DNA of 64,000 nucleotides from an uncultured Desulfobacter sp. (GTDB taxonomy: Bacteria; Desulfobacterota; Desulfobacteria; Desulfobacterales; Desulfobacteraceae): contig OY762069.1 of NCBI GenBank assembly GCA_963665095.1, positions 1,088,001-1,152,000 on the forward strand, written 5' to 3'. Shown here piece by piece: positions 1-9,676 of this stretch; the first letter of the stretch is position 1; every line of letters begins with the position of its first letter. A model generated the notes under the pieces. The model made no database searches. It had not been told where the DNA came from and saw nothing but the letters and a program-made list of their open reading frames with translations. A program made the position numbers and the translations under genes.

Positions 1-1421
1 GTGGGCAGAGGAGAGCCACCCTGTTCCAGCAGATTGGCATCTTCAGGTAAAGTAATGGGCAGGTCGGATTCCGGTACCGGAACCACCCCGCATGAGGGGC
101 AGTGAATTACAGGGATAGGCGTGCCCCAGTATCTCTGACGTGAAATTCCCCAGTCACGAAGCCTAAAAGATACCGCCCGTTTACCGATCCTCTCTTTTTC
201 CAGCCAGTCAGACATTTTTTCAATGGCATCCCTGCTGTCCATACCGTCAAATGCCCCTGAATTCGTCATGATGCCGCGACCGGCATAGGCCTCGGTCATG
301 GTGGCACCATCAAGTACTTCACCTTCAGGTTGAACAACCACCCGGATTTCCAAGCCGTATTTCCTGGCAAAATCAAAATCGCGCTGGTCACCGGAGGGAA
401 CAGACATGATGGCCCCGGTACCATAGCCCATCAAAACAAAATTGGCTGTGTAGACAGGTATTTTTTCTTTGGTGGCCGGATTGATGCAGTAAGCACCGGT
501 GAACACCCCTTCTTTTTCATATTTTTCAATGCCCTCGGCTGAACGCTCCTGCCTGGAGACCTTATCTACAAATGCAGCAACGGCTGCCTCCTGGTCCGTA
601 CCTTTAGATAAGGTTTCCACCAGAGGGTGCTCCGGGGCCAGACACATAAAAGTGGCACCAAAAATGGTATCCGGCCGGGTAGTGAACACATTGATCACCT
701 CATCCTTGCCGTCAACTTTAAAATTGAGTTCTGCCCCTAAACTTTTGCCGATCCAGTTTTTCTGCATGGTGGTAACATTGTCCGGCCAGCCCGGCAGCTT
801 GTCACAGTAAACCAGAAGGTCTTCCGCATAATCGGTAATTTTAAAAAACCACTGCCACAATTTTTTCTGCTGGACCACCTGGGAGCAGCGCCAGCACCTG
901 TCCTGTTCCACCTGCTCATTTGCAAGCACGGTCTGACATTTCTCACACCAGTTGACATAGGACTCCTTGCGGTAGGCCATGCCCTTTTCAAGCATTTTCA
1001 GAAACAGCCACTGCTCCCAGCGGTAATACTCAGGCCGGCAGGTGGCAATCTCCCTGTCCCAGTCATAGGAAAACCCCATTTTTTTCAGCTGGGCCCGCAT
1101 GGTCCGGATATTTTCATAGGTCCAGGCCGCCGGATGGGTGTTGTTGTCAATGGCTGCATTTTCCGCAGGCATGCCAAAAGCATCCCAGCCCATGGGGTGG
1201 ATGACGTTAAAGCCTTTCATCCGTTTGTAACGGACCACCACATCACCAATGGTGTAATTGCGCACATGGCCGATATGAATTTTCCCTGACGGGTAGGGAA
1301 ACATCTCCAGAAGATAGTATTTTTCTTTGGACGGATCTTCCTCAACCTTGAACAGCTGATTTTTTTTCCAGTATTCCTGCCACTTGGGTTCAACCTGTGA
1401 AGGGATGTACCGTTCCTCCAT
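1..1421 (-). CDS. leuS: Leucine--tRNA ligase, 5' part (runs off the window)
   Basis: The minus-strand frame from ATG at 1421 reads [18 protein letters not shown]...[24 protein letters not shown] (HIGH motif), with [13 protein letters not shown] and [18 protein letters not shown] later. It is absent from the ORF track because it has no stop inside the window. Confidence 0.97.
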   Translation of the reverse strand, partial: MEERYIPSQVEPKWQEYWKKNQLFKVEEDPSKEKYYLLEMFPYPSGKIHIGHVRNYTIGDVVVRYKRMKGFNVIHPMGWDAFGMPAENAAIDNNTHPAAWTYENIRTMRAQLKKMGFSYDWDREIATCRPEYYRWEQWLFLKMLEKGMAYRKESYVNWCEKCQTVLANEQVEQDRCWRCSQVVQQKKLWQWFFKITDYAEDLLVYCDKLPGWPDNVTTMQKNWIGKSLGAELNFKVDGKDEVINVFTTRPDTIFGATFMCLAPEHPLVETLSKGTDQEAAVAAFVDKVSRQERSAEGIEKYEKEGVFTGAYCINPATKEKIPVYTANFVLMGYGTGAIMSVPSGDQRDFDFARKYGLEIRVVVQPEGEVLDGATMTEAYAGRGIMTNSGAFDGMDSRDAIEKMSDWLEKERIGKRAVSFRLRDWGISRQRYWGTPIPVIHCPSCGVVPVPESDLPITLPEDANLLEQGGSPLP

Positions 1422-1778
1422 TATTTTTATCCTTTCGAAAAAGCATCTTTAATTTGTATTTGAACCTTTTTAGATGCCATAAGATGGGGTAAATAGTAAA
1501 GATATTTTTAAAAATTTAAGAAGGAACAATACTATTACATATTATCTGACGTCGTATCCAGGTGCTATCATACAGATCCCGTCCGTTACTTCGTTGTTTT
1601 GAAGGAAGATAAAAATCTTTAACGTCGATTACCGATTATGTCAGAAAAGAGAGTCGCTTTTTGTCAAGTGAAACCATATATTTACCTTGACCTTATTGGG
1701 TCTGAATGATATAGAAAGTGGTTTTTTAATTATCCGTTCTGATTTTCTGATTTCTGAACGGATAAAAATTTATATTTT

Positions 1779-1853
1779 ATCCTTGCTCCGGGCAACAGGC
1801 CGTCAGTGAATGACATAATATGGTTTGTCCGGGGCTTTACATCCACAAGGAGG
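1779..1853 (+). promoter_or_regulatory. rpsF leader, S6:S18-binding autoregulatory RNA candidate
   Basis: TCCTTG at about 1780 can pair with CAAGGA overlapping the SD (AGGAGG). It encloses a GCTCCGGGCAA/TTGTCCGGGGC stem, with CCA before the SD. Position and shape match the known rpsF leader. Confidence 0.6.
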
Positions 1854-1857
1854 CAAA

Positions 1858-2370
1858 ATGAGAAAGTATGAAACTGTGTTCATTTCTGATCCAGACCTGC
1901 AGGATCAGGCCCGTGAAGAATTTTTTGAAAGGGTCAGGAACATCATAGAAAGAGAAAATGGTATCATCCTGAACGTTGATGAATGGGGGTTAAAAAAACT
2001 ATCCTATGAAATCAAAAAGAAACTACGCGGGTATTATGTCTGTCTAACCTACGGCGGAACCGGCGAACTTGTAACAGAGCTTGAAAGAAATTTCCGGCTC
2101 AGCGACAATATCATGAAGTTCATGACCATCCTTATCGACGAACACGCCACTGAAGAATCCCTTAAAGAAGAAGCTGAGCAGACACGCATTGCCGCTGAGG
2201 AAGCCGCCAACGCTCCGGCCCCGGAAGACAAGGCTGTTGCCGAAGAACCGTCTGAAACAGAATCTGATGACGCCGCCCAAGACGATGATGCTCCTGAAGA
2301 GGACCAAGCCGGCCAGGATTCAGCCGAATCAGAAGAATCATCAGACCCTGCTGAAGAGTCCAAAGAATAA
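1858..2370 (+). CDS. rpsF: 30S ribosomal protein S6 with acidic C-terminal tail
   Basis: MRKYETVFI...DEWGLKKLSYEIKK...GYY; AGGAGG SD before ATG 1858. Confidence 0.97.
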   Translation: MRKYETVFISDPDLQDQAREEFFERVRNIIERENGIILNVDEWGLKKLSYEIKKKLRGYYVCLTYGGTGELVTELERNFRLSDNIMKFMTILIDEHATEESLKEEAEQTRIAAEEAANAPAPEDKAVAEEPSETESDDAAQDDDAPEEDQAGQDSAESEESSDPAEESKE

Positions 2371-2394
2371 TTAACGTACAAAAGGAGATCACAT

Positions 2395-2652
2395 ATGTAT
2401 AAAGGTCAAAGAGGCGGCGGAAAGAACAGATTCTATCAGCGCCGGAAAATCTGCAGATTCTGCGTGGACAGCACAATGGAAATTGATTATAAAAACCCCA
2501 AAGCACTCAAGCAGTTCATCACTGAAAGGGGTAAAATTATCCCCCGCCGGATTACCGGGACCTGCGCCAAACACCAGCGCAAGCTTTGTCTGGCCATCAA
2601 GAGATCACGGCAGATTGCACTTCTGCCTTTTGTCGGACGCCCGTTACAGTAA
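2395..2652 (+). CDS. rpsR: 30S ribosomal protein S18
   Basis: RRKICRFC...IDYKN...[22 protein letters not shown]. Confidence 0.98.
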   Translation: MYKGQRGGGKNRFYQRRKICRFCVDSTMEIDYKNPKALKQFITERGKIIPRRITGTCAKHQRKLCLAIKRSRQIALLPFVGRPLQ

Positions 2653-2680
2653 AATCGTAAATTTTTAAGGGTTTGAACCA

Positions 2681-3613
2681 TTGCCGCTGTCCATCACACA
2701 CCCGGTATTTATCAAGGAGACCTTGACCGGCACTCTTTTGTGCCTGTTGATATACGGTGTTGTGTTTGCATTTCCACTGTTAGGTGTATTTGTTCTGCTG
2801 TTTCTGCCGCTGCCGGTGCTGTTTTACCGTCTTAAACTTGGCAGAAAAGGCGGGAGTCTCGTGGCCGCAGCCAGTTTCCTTATTTTGGTATTGATGGCTA
2901 AGGGCGTGGCATTTGATACACTTTACTTTGGCGTACTATTGATGACCGGCATATTTTTAGGAGAATGTCTTGAACGGCATTTAAACATTCAAAAAACCAT
3001 GAGCCTGACCGCACTAATGGCAGCAGGTTCTATTTTTGTCGTGTTTTCAGGCTATACCCTTTCCCAGGATCAGACATTTTCGGAAATAGGCAAGGCATAT
3101 ATGAACCAGTCTTTGCAGATTGCCGAACAGATTTCTCCTGAAATCGGCATGGACAAGGATATGGCCGGCAAACTGGTATCATCGATGATGATTGTTCTGC
3201 CCGGCATGTTCATTGTCTCCTTTATGACAACTATCTGGCTCAATATCCTGCTTATCAAAGGGTTACTCAAACGCAAAGGCGTTGCCCTGAAAAGCATTGA
3301 AGGATTGAACCTGTATAAAACTCCGGACAGACTGGTCTGGGGGGTCATTGCATCAGGGGCAGCCTTAATCGTCCCTTTAGACCCTGTAAAAATTATCGGC
3401 ATCAACTGCCTGATCGTTTTATTGCTAATTTATTTTTTCCAAGGAATTGCGGTCATTTCCTTTTTTTTTCAGGCAAGAAATACCCCTATGGCCTTGAAGG
3501 TATTCTGTTATTTTTTGATTGCCATACAGGCGTACGTTTTAATCATGGTCATTGGACTGGGTTTTTTTGACAACTGGATAAATTTCAGGAAATTTGCTGC
3601 AACAGGAAAATAA
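2681..3613 (+). CDS. DUF2232/YybS-family membrane protein
   Basis: Multi-TM protein with YFFQG and GLGFFDNWINFR motifs, at the conserved position between rpsR and rplI. Confidence 0.85.
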   Translation: MPLSITHPVFIKETLTGTLLCLLIYGVVFAFPLLGVFVLLFLPLPVLFYRLKLGRKGGSLVAAASFLILVLMAKGVAFDTLYFGVLLMTGIFLGECLERHLNIQKTMSLTALMAAGSIFVVFSGYTLSQDQTFSEIGKAYMNQSLQIAEQISPEIGMDKDMAGKLVSSMMIVLPGMFIVSFMTTIWLNILLIKGLLKRKGVALKSIEGLNLYKTPDRLVWGVIASGAALIVPLDPVKIIGINCLIVLLLIYFFQGIAVISFFFQARNTPMALKVFCYFLIAIQAYVLIMVIGLGFFDNWINFRKFAATGK

Positions 3614-3660
3614 AATATCAGCCGGTTTGTCTCACATGACAACCGGATTGGAGGTTTACA

Positions 3661-4116
3661 ATGAAAGTTATACTGAAAGAAACCATTGATACACTGGGTA
3701 TTGCCGGCTCTGAGTGCAAGGTTGCTGAAGGCTACGGCCGCAACTACCTGCTTCCCCAGGGAAAGGCTGTTCTGGCAACGCCTGCCAACCGAAAGGTTAT
3801 GGAACAGGCAAGAGCCAAACTTGAGCTGCAGATTGCCAAGGAAAGAAAAATTGCCGAAGAGATGGCTGCCAAAGTCAGAGAAGTGTCCATCACTATCAAG
3901 GCAAAGGTGCGAGAAGAAATCTACCTTTATGGGTCTGTCACTACCCATGATATCAAAGATGCCCTGGATACCCAGAAGGTTGAAGTTGAACGCCGCTGTA
4001 TTCTTCTGGCTGAACCCATTAAGGAAACCGGTGAATATAAAGTGCCTATCCGTCTTTACAAAGATGTTGAACCGGAAATCACCGTACTCGTTGAAGCTGA
4101 AGAAAAACAGGACTAA
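3661..4116 (+). CDS. rplI: 50S ribosomal protein L9
   Basis: MKVIL...LG..G...KVAEGYGRNYLLPQG; LYGSVT; PIKETGEY. Confidence 0.97.
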   Translation: MKVILKETIDTLGIAGSECKVAEGYGRNYLLPQGKAVLATPANRKVMEQARAKLELQIAKERKIAEEMAAKVREVSITIKAKVREEIYLYGSVTTHDIKDALDTQKVEVERRCILLAEPIKETGEYKVPIRLYKDVEPEITVLVEAEEKQD

Positions 4117-4203
4117 TAGCCTGATCTTACGCCTGCCGCTTTTGCCCAATCAAGGGCGGCAGGCAGTATCTTTCAAAAGTATATCGAAATTGAATACATA
4201 TAG

Positions 4204-5583
4204 ATGGCAAAAAAAGAATCTTTGAAAACGGACCATCTGCTGAACCGCACCCCTCCCCATGACAGTGATGCGGAAGCGTCGCTTCTGTCTGCCATATTTA
4301 TCAGCAATGATACGCTGCTTGATATTATTGAAATTCTTAAGCCTGATGATTTTTATAAAGGGGCGCACAAAAAAATTTTCAGGGTTATTATGGAGCTGTC
4401 TGCCAGAGAAGAACCGGCAGATCTCGTTACTGTGGCCAATGCACTGAATGCAAAGGATGAGCTGGAAGCCGTGGGCGGACCGGCTTTTCTTGTCGGGATA
4501 GCCGATGCAGCGCCTGTGGCGATCAATGCCGTGCATTATGCCAGAATCGTCCGGGAAAAATCCACCCTGCGTCAGTTGATCAATGCATCTTCCCAGACCA
4601 TTGAACGCTGCCTTGAGGATCGTGGTGACTTTAAGGAAATTCTTGATGAAGCCCAGGCCGCTGTCATCAAAATTGCAGATCGCCAGTCCGGAGGCGCCTT
4701 CAAAGCCCTATCCGATTTAATTGAATACAATATTGACCAGCTTGAAGAACTCCAGGGAAAGGAAGGAGGACTTGCCGGTCTTTCCACCGGATATTCACGG
4801 CTCGACCGGATCACCTCAGGCCTGCAGCGCTCGGATCTGATTATCCTGGCAGCACGGCCCAGTATGGGTAAAACTGCCTTTGCGCTGAACATTGCCAGGA
4901 ATGTTGCCTTTTCAAACCGGAAACCTGTGGCGGTATTTTCACTTGAGATGTCCAAAGAACAACTCTCCATGCGTCTTTTGACCTCTGAGGCACGGGTAGA
5001 TGCCAACAAGCTTCGAAGTGGTGTGTTTGCCCCTGAAGACTGGCAGAATTTCACAGATGCGGCAGGTATATTAAATGAGATGCCTATCTTTATAGATGAT
5101 ACACCCGCCATATCTGTTATGGATCTAAGGGCCAAGGTCAGAAAACTGTATCAGCTTAATGGCGCGCTCGGGCTTGTGGTCATAGACTACCTGCAGTTAA
5201 TGAAAGCCTCTTTCAGATCCGATCGCAGAGATTTAGAAATTGCCGATATTTCAAGATCTTTAAAATCTATTGCCAAGGAACTGGATGTGCCTGTGCTTGC
5301 ATTGTCCCAGTTGAACCGTGCTTTAGAGCAGCGTTCGGACAAGCGTCCCATGATGTCTGATTTAAGGGAGTCAGGCGCCATTGAACAAGATGCAGATATC
5401 ATCGCCTTCATCTATCGGGATGAGGTATACAATAAGGAGCCGGACAACCCAAGAAAGGGCACGGCTGAAATTATTGTCGCAAAAAACCGTAACGGCAGTA
5501 TTGGTACTGCACTTATGATGTTCAACGGCCAGTATACCCGTTTTGAGGAACTGGCACCTGAAGCCTTCCAGGGTTTTAAATGA
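4204..5583 (+). CDS. dnaB: Replicative DNA helicase
   Basis: AARPSMGKT Walker A, FSLEMS, VIDYLQL, LSQLNR, DLRESGAIEQDAD. Confidence 0.98.
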   Translation: MAKKESLKTDHLLNRTPPHDSDAEASLLSAIFISNDTLLDIIEILKPDDFYKGAHKKIFRVIMELSAREEPADLVTVANALNAKDELEAVGGPAFLVGIADAAPVAINAVHYARIVREKSTLRQLINASSQTIERCLEDRGDFKEILDEAQAAVIKIADRQSGGAFKALSDLIEYNIDQLEELQGKEGGLAGLSTGYSRLDRITSGLQRSDLIILAARPSMGKTAFALNIARNVAFSNRKPVAVFSLEMSKEQLSMRLLTSEARVDANKLRSGVFAPEDWQNFTDAAGILNEMPIFIDDTPAISVMDLRAKVRKLYQLNGALGLVVIDYLQLMKASFRSDRRDLEIADISRSLKSIAKELDVPVLALSQLNRALEQRSDKRPMMSDLRESGAIEQDADIIAFIYRDEVYNKEPDNPRKGTAEIIVAKNRNGSIGTALMMFNGQYTRFEELAPEAFQGFK

Positions 5584-7196
5584 AACGAATCATCTACGGC
5601 ACCACTGACGGCCTGAATAAATCCCAGCTCAACCGGATTGAAAACCTTTACAACTTTAAATCCTCGCCTGAATTTATTCTTTCGTCTCAGGCAGCACATG
5701 AACTTTGTGATATCAGCAGGGAGATCCGCCGTCAGATCGGTCTGCTTATAGACCGTAATGGAAAGGTTATCGGTGTCATTGCCGGAGAGCCTCAAAGGAT
5801 TGTCATCCCGGTAACTCCTGATTTCCGACCCGGGCCGGGGCGGCTTAAGGGCCTTCGCTGCATTCACACCCATTTATCTGACGAAGCCCTGACACAGGAC
5901 GATCTTACAGATCTTGCCCTGCTGCGTCTGGATTTTATTACGGCGATCTGCATCACCCAGGACACAGAGCCGGGACCGGTGTATTCAGCCCATATTCTTC
6001 CGAATCCCGATGCCGATCCCTATCGTGTTTTACCCAAAGGATCCATTGAAGATCTCGAAAATGACTGTCAGACGAGAATCTTTGAACTGGAGTCCGAACT
6101 TGCCAGGCATGACCGTCTGCACAGGCCCGATACCGATCAGGAAAATGCGTTTCTAATCAACGCCACAACCCAAAAGCCCAACGATTCTCACATATCCATG
6201 GATGAGCTAAAGGAGCTGTGCAAAACAAGCCATATCAAAGTGGTGGGCACGGCCATTCAGCAAAGAAAAAAAATTGATCCTAAATTTGTGGTGGGTAAAG
6301 GGAAATTAGCCTCCCTTATAATCAAGGCCATTCAGAACTATGCCACCCTGCTGGTATTTGACCGGGAGTTGAGCCCGTCCCAGATCCGCTCCATCACAGA
6401 TTTTGTAGAGATGAAGGTCATTGACCGCACCCAGCTGATTCTGGACATTTTTGCCAAACAGGCAAAATCCAGGGAGGGCAAATACCAGGTTGAGCTGGCG
6501 CAACTGGAGTATATGCTTCCCCGTCTGATTGCCAAAAATACAGCCATGTCAAGGCTGACAGGGGGCATTGGCGGCAGAGGCCCGGGTGAGACCAAGCTTG
6601 AAGTAAACAGACGCCGCGCCAGGGAGCGTATTACCCGCCTGAAAAAAGAGATTGAAAAAATAAGAAAGCAACGCCGGCAGCAGAAAGCCCGGCGCCAGCG
6701 AAAAGACCTGCCGGTTATCTCTATTGTAGGATACACCAATGCCGGTAAATCAACGCTGCTCAACACCCTGACCCAGAGCAGCATCATAGCGGCCAACCGC
6801 CTTTTTGCCACATTAGACCCCTCTTCCCGGCGTCTGCGGTTCCCCAGAGATAAAGAGGTGATTATCACAGACACAGTGGGATTTATTCAGAACCTGCCAA
6901 AGGAACTTTTAGAAGCATTTCATGCCACGCTTGAAGAATTGGAACAGGCCGATGTCATTTTACATGTCATTGATATCTCCAATCCCAGGTATATGCAGCA
7001 GAAAGAAACGGTTGATCAGCTTTTAAAATCAATGAACTTAAGCGGCATTCCCACCCTGTACGTATTCAATAAAATGGATCAGGCAGATCTTAATAATTTT
7101 GATTCACCCTGGCTGTTAAACCAGGGAATTCTTGTTTCCGCACTTCAAAAAGCAAGCCTGACTTCACTTGTTGAAAAACTTGAGTCTATGGTATAG
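5580..7196 (+). CDS. hflX: GTPase HflX, N-terminally extended form
   Basis: GGIGGRGPGETKLE, VGYTNAGKSTL, LFATLD, DTVGF, NKMD; overlaps the dnaB stop (ATGA). Confidence 0.95.
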   Translation: MKRIIYGTTDGLNKSQLNRIENLYNFKSSPEFILSSQAAHELCDISREIRRQIGLLIDRNGKVIGVIAGEPQRIVIPVTPDFRPGPGRLKGLRCIHTHLSDEALTQDDLTDLALLRLDFITAICITQDTEPGPVYSAHILPNPDADPYRVLPKGSIEDLENDCQTRIFELESELARHDRLHRPDTDQENAFLINATTQKPNDSHISMDELKELCKTSHIKVVGTAIQQRKKIDPKFVVGKGKLASLIIKAIQNYATLLVFDRELSPSQIRSITDFVEMKVIDRTQLILDIFAKQAKSREGKYQVELAQLEYMLPRLIAKNTAMSRLTGGIGGRGPGETKLEVNRRRARERITRLKKEIEKIRKQRRQQKARRQRKDLPVISIVGYTNAGKSTLLNTLTQSSIIAANRLFATLDPSSRRLRFPRDKEVIITDTVGFIQNLPKELLEAFHATLEELEQADVILHVIDISNPRYMQQKETVDQLLKSMNLSGIPTLYVFNKMDQADLNNFDSPWLLNQGILVSALQKASLTSLVEKLESMV

Positions 7197-7264
7197 GCGT
7201 ATAATCAAAACTTTGTTGAAAAACAAAGTCATTTATTTTAAAACAAAAATATTATTTACAGATT

Positions 7265-7495
7265 TTGGAATTATACATGGATTTACGACTGGACCGGCAG
7301 ATAGGCGAAAAAGATGTTACAGAAGATTCAATGGATATCCCTGACTGTTTTGGAGAATTTGATAAAAACAACCGGGTCTGTTTTGACTATTGTGCCATTT
7401 CAATTAAATGTGCTGTCATGCAGCTGCACCACCCTAAAATAGATATTCTGGAAAAACTTCTCAACTACGATGATTTTTTCGTAAAACCGAACTGA
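7265..7495 (+). CDS. Small Cys-containing hypothetical protein
   Basis: 76-aa ORF with a CFG...C...C...C pattern; start uncertain. Confidence 0.5.
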   Translation: MELYMDLRLDRQIGEKDVTEDSMDIPDCFGEFDKNNRVCFDYCAISIKCAVMQLHHPKIDILEKLLNYDDFFVKPN

Positions 7496-7589
7496 TCCAT
7501 AATTTCCCAAGCACAAAATTTTAAATTCAACCGGTAAGGCATTCTATAGCCTTCTTCCTATCATCCCAATATACCATTTACCGATCAAG

Positions 7590-8477
7590 CTAAAAGGTAA
7601 GGGCAATAGCCGCAATATCGTCATGGCATTTAAACCGGGGATATAGGAGACAGTCAGGATCTGTTTTTTCAATTTTCCGAATCTGTTCTTTCAGTCCGTC
7701 CAGCCCCATTGACAGAAAGGCCGAAACCAGGTCGGAGAAATCCTTTCGTTGTTCCGGAGCCCGGCAAGGCAGATTCAACCCGTCTGTGAACAGCAGAATA
7801 TGCCTGACGTGTTCCAGAGGCTCAACTCCCTGGTTCAATAAATTCAAAGACTGTTTCTCCCCGTTAAGAACCCCGTAAGAGATATTCATCTGCAGCCGTA
7901 CGTTTCTGATTTGCTCTGCCAGCTTTTTTCTGGCTGCCACAAGGTTGGAATGTTCATCACCCCTGGTACCTTGGGATAAATTGTTTTTAGATCTATCTGT
8001 TCGCTTACTCAGGGTTAGGTCACGCCACAGACACATGGTGTCATAGTCATGATTCTCCCGCTCCACCAATACTTTATGTGAACCGTCCTCACAGATGGCA
8101 ATTATCATTGCATCACCGGTTTGAATCCACTCAATATTTTTTTCCCTGATCCGAATAACTGCGGCACTGGTGCTCCACAGGTTTTCCTTTTGAGAAATAT
8201 CCACACCATTATCAAGCATTTGATTCATAATCTCAAAGTTGGCAAGATCCGCCAGTTCAGGAAGGGGGAAATGGTTTTTACGGAAAACAATTTTGGCTGC
8301 ATTTGCAGCAAGCTGTCCGCCGGTCCTGCCATTTTCAAATCTTTTTTTGTTTAGGCTTGTAGCGCCATCAAATACCCCGAAGATATTATCCTGGATAACC
8401 AGGCAGTCTTCGTTTACCCGCGAGCTTCCCTGTTCAAGGATAGACTGAACTATGATATTTTTTGTTTCAGCGTGCAT
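7590..8477 (-). CDS. PP2C-like protein phosphatase domain protein
   Basis: NED, FGVFDG, TGD, LFTDG and HDD motifs of the PP2C fold. Confidence 0.75.
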   Translation of the reverse strand: MHAETKNIIVQSILEQGSSRVNEDCLVIQDNIFGVFDGATSLNKKRFENGRTGGQLAANAAKIVFRKNHFPLPELADLANFEIMNQMLDNGVDISQKENLWSTSAAVIRIREKNIEWIQTGDAMIIAICEDGSHKVLVERENHDYDTMCLWRDLTLSKRTDRSKNNLSQGTRGDEHSNLVAARKKLAEQIRNVRLQMNISYGVLNGEKQSLNLLNQGVEPLEHVRHILLFTDGLNLPCRAPEQRKDFSDLVSAFLSMGLDGLKEQIRKIEKTDPDCLLYPRFKCHDDIAAIALTF

Positions 8478-8738
8478 AGCTTGAAAATATAAAACCAACG
8501 GTTTTGAAGTCAAAAATAAAAAAACAATAGATTCCAGGATTAAAATTGGAAATATCTATACAACTATCAATAATCATAAATTCATATTCTTAATACAGCT
8601 CATAGAATAAAATAAAGATAATCAATTTGCCAAATCTTATGATTTTTTATAGGTCTATGAATCATCTATAGTGGATTAATATTGCCGTAAATAAGGGATC
8701 CTGAGCATGTCCCCAATATAAAAGGAAAGACAGACAAA

Positions 8739-9050
8739 ATGATCAATGTTACCCCGCCTGCTCAAAAGCAGGTTAAAATGTATTTTGAAGGCAAAGAAAT
8801 TTCTCCAATAAGAATTTTCCTTAACAGTGCAGGATGTGGCGGCCCCAGTCTTGCCATGGCCCTGGATGAAAAAAAAGAGAGTGATGCTGTTTATACCCAT
8901 GACGGCATAGACTACATTATGGATAAAGATCTGCTGGAAAAAGCGTCTCCCATTCAGGTAAACTTTTCCGGCACCGGGTTTGTTCTTGAGTCCAGTCTTA
9001 AACCAGCCCCAGGGTGCACAGGTTGCGCCGGATCCTGTTGCGGGGATTAA
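8739..9050 (+). CDS. IscA/HesB-family Fe-S protein
   Basis: IRIFL..AGCGGPSLAMALDE; C-terminal CxxCxxxCC. Confidence 0.85.
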   Translation: MINVTPPAQKQVKMYFEGKEISPIRIFLNSAGCGGPSLAMALDEKKESDAVYTHDGIDYIMDKDLLEKASPIQVNFSGTGFVLESSLKPAPGCTGCAGSCCGD

Positions 9051-9065
9051 TACAAAGGACCCGTC

Positions 9066-9563
9066 ATGCCGGAACAGGTTCATATTCATCCCAAAGTGGA
9101 ACGTCAGTTGTGTACGATGGAAAGCAGTACAAATGCACCGTCCATCGCTGCAGACAGAGCCAGAAAAATAATCTTAGCCCTGATAGAAGGTCAACGGACC
9201 GAATCCAGCGGTCGGTTGCAGGCAAAAGCTGACACGCGGGTAAAAAACAGCTGCAAGTTTAATCTTGGGGCAGGATACCGGCTAATCTGCATCAGAACTA
9301 AAAAAATTTTTTATGTCATGCATGTGGGGGACCATGAAAGCTGCGATGTCTGGCTGAATAACCATTCTAAAAAAAGTCCCCACAAAACTGAAATACCAAT
9401 GAAAACATTTTCCGTCCAATGCTGTCGGAAAAAAACAAACTGCACCATGGACGGGCCCGTGCAAAGGTTCAGGGAAACTGCCTTTGATAATGATGATCCC
9501 TGCCTGCAGCCGATTCCCCAGGAATACTTAAGAAAGGTATTTAAGGGCCTTGTTGCCGGATAG
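9066..9563 (+). CDS. Hypothetical protein with a possible RelE/ParE-like core
   Basis: KFNLGAGYRLIC...FYVMHVGDHESCD resembles the RelE beta-core. Confidence 0.55.
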   Translation: MPEQVHIHPKVERQLCTMESSTNAPSIAADRARKIILALIEGQRTESSGRLQAKADTRVKNSCKFNLGAGYRLICIRTKKIFYVMHVGDHESCDVWLNNHSKKSPHKTEIPMKTFSVQCCRKKTNCTMDGPVQRFRETAFDNDDPCLQPIPQEYLRKVFKGLVAG

Positions 9564-9593
9564 TCGCTCTTTGTTCAGTGGTAATTTTTTATG

Positions 9594-9627
9594 AAAGAAT
9601 CCGGTAATTCATCGGATTCTTTTTTTT
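9594..9627 (+). terminator. Rho-independent terminator
   Basis: AAAGAATCCGGT/ATCGGATTCTTT stem followed by a T tract. Confidence 0.7.
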
Positions 9628-9676
9628 CAGGTTATAGCTGTTAACCAATTTCCAACAACAGACAAAGGAGATAAAA

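Noticed and set aside
1430..1700. T-box or other ncRNA upstream of leuS
   Set aside because: No T-box consensus (GGTGG.ACC) or terminator/antiterminator is visible, only a short TCTGAC/GTCAGA complement.
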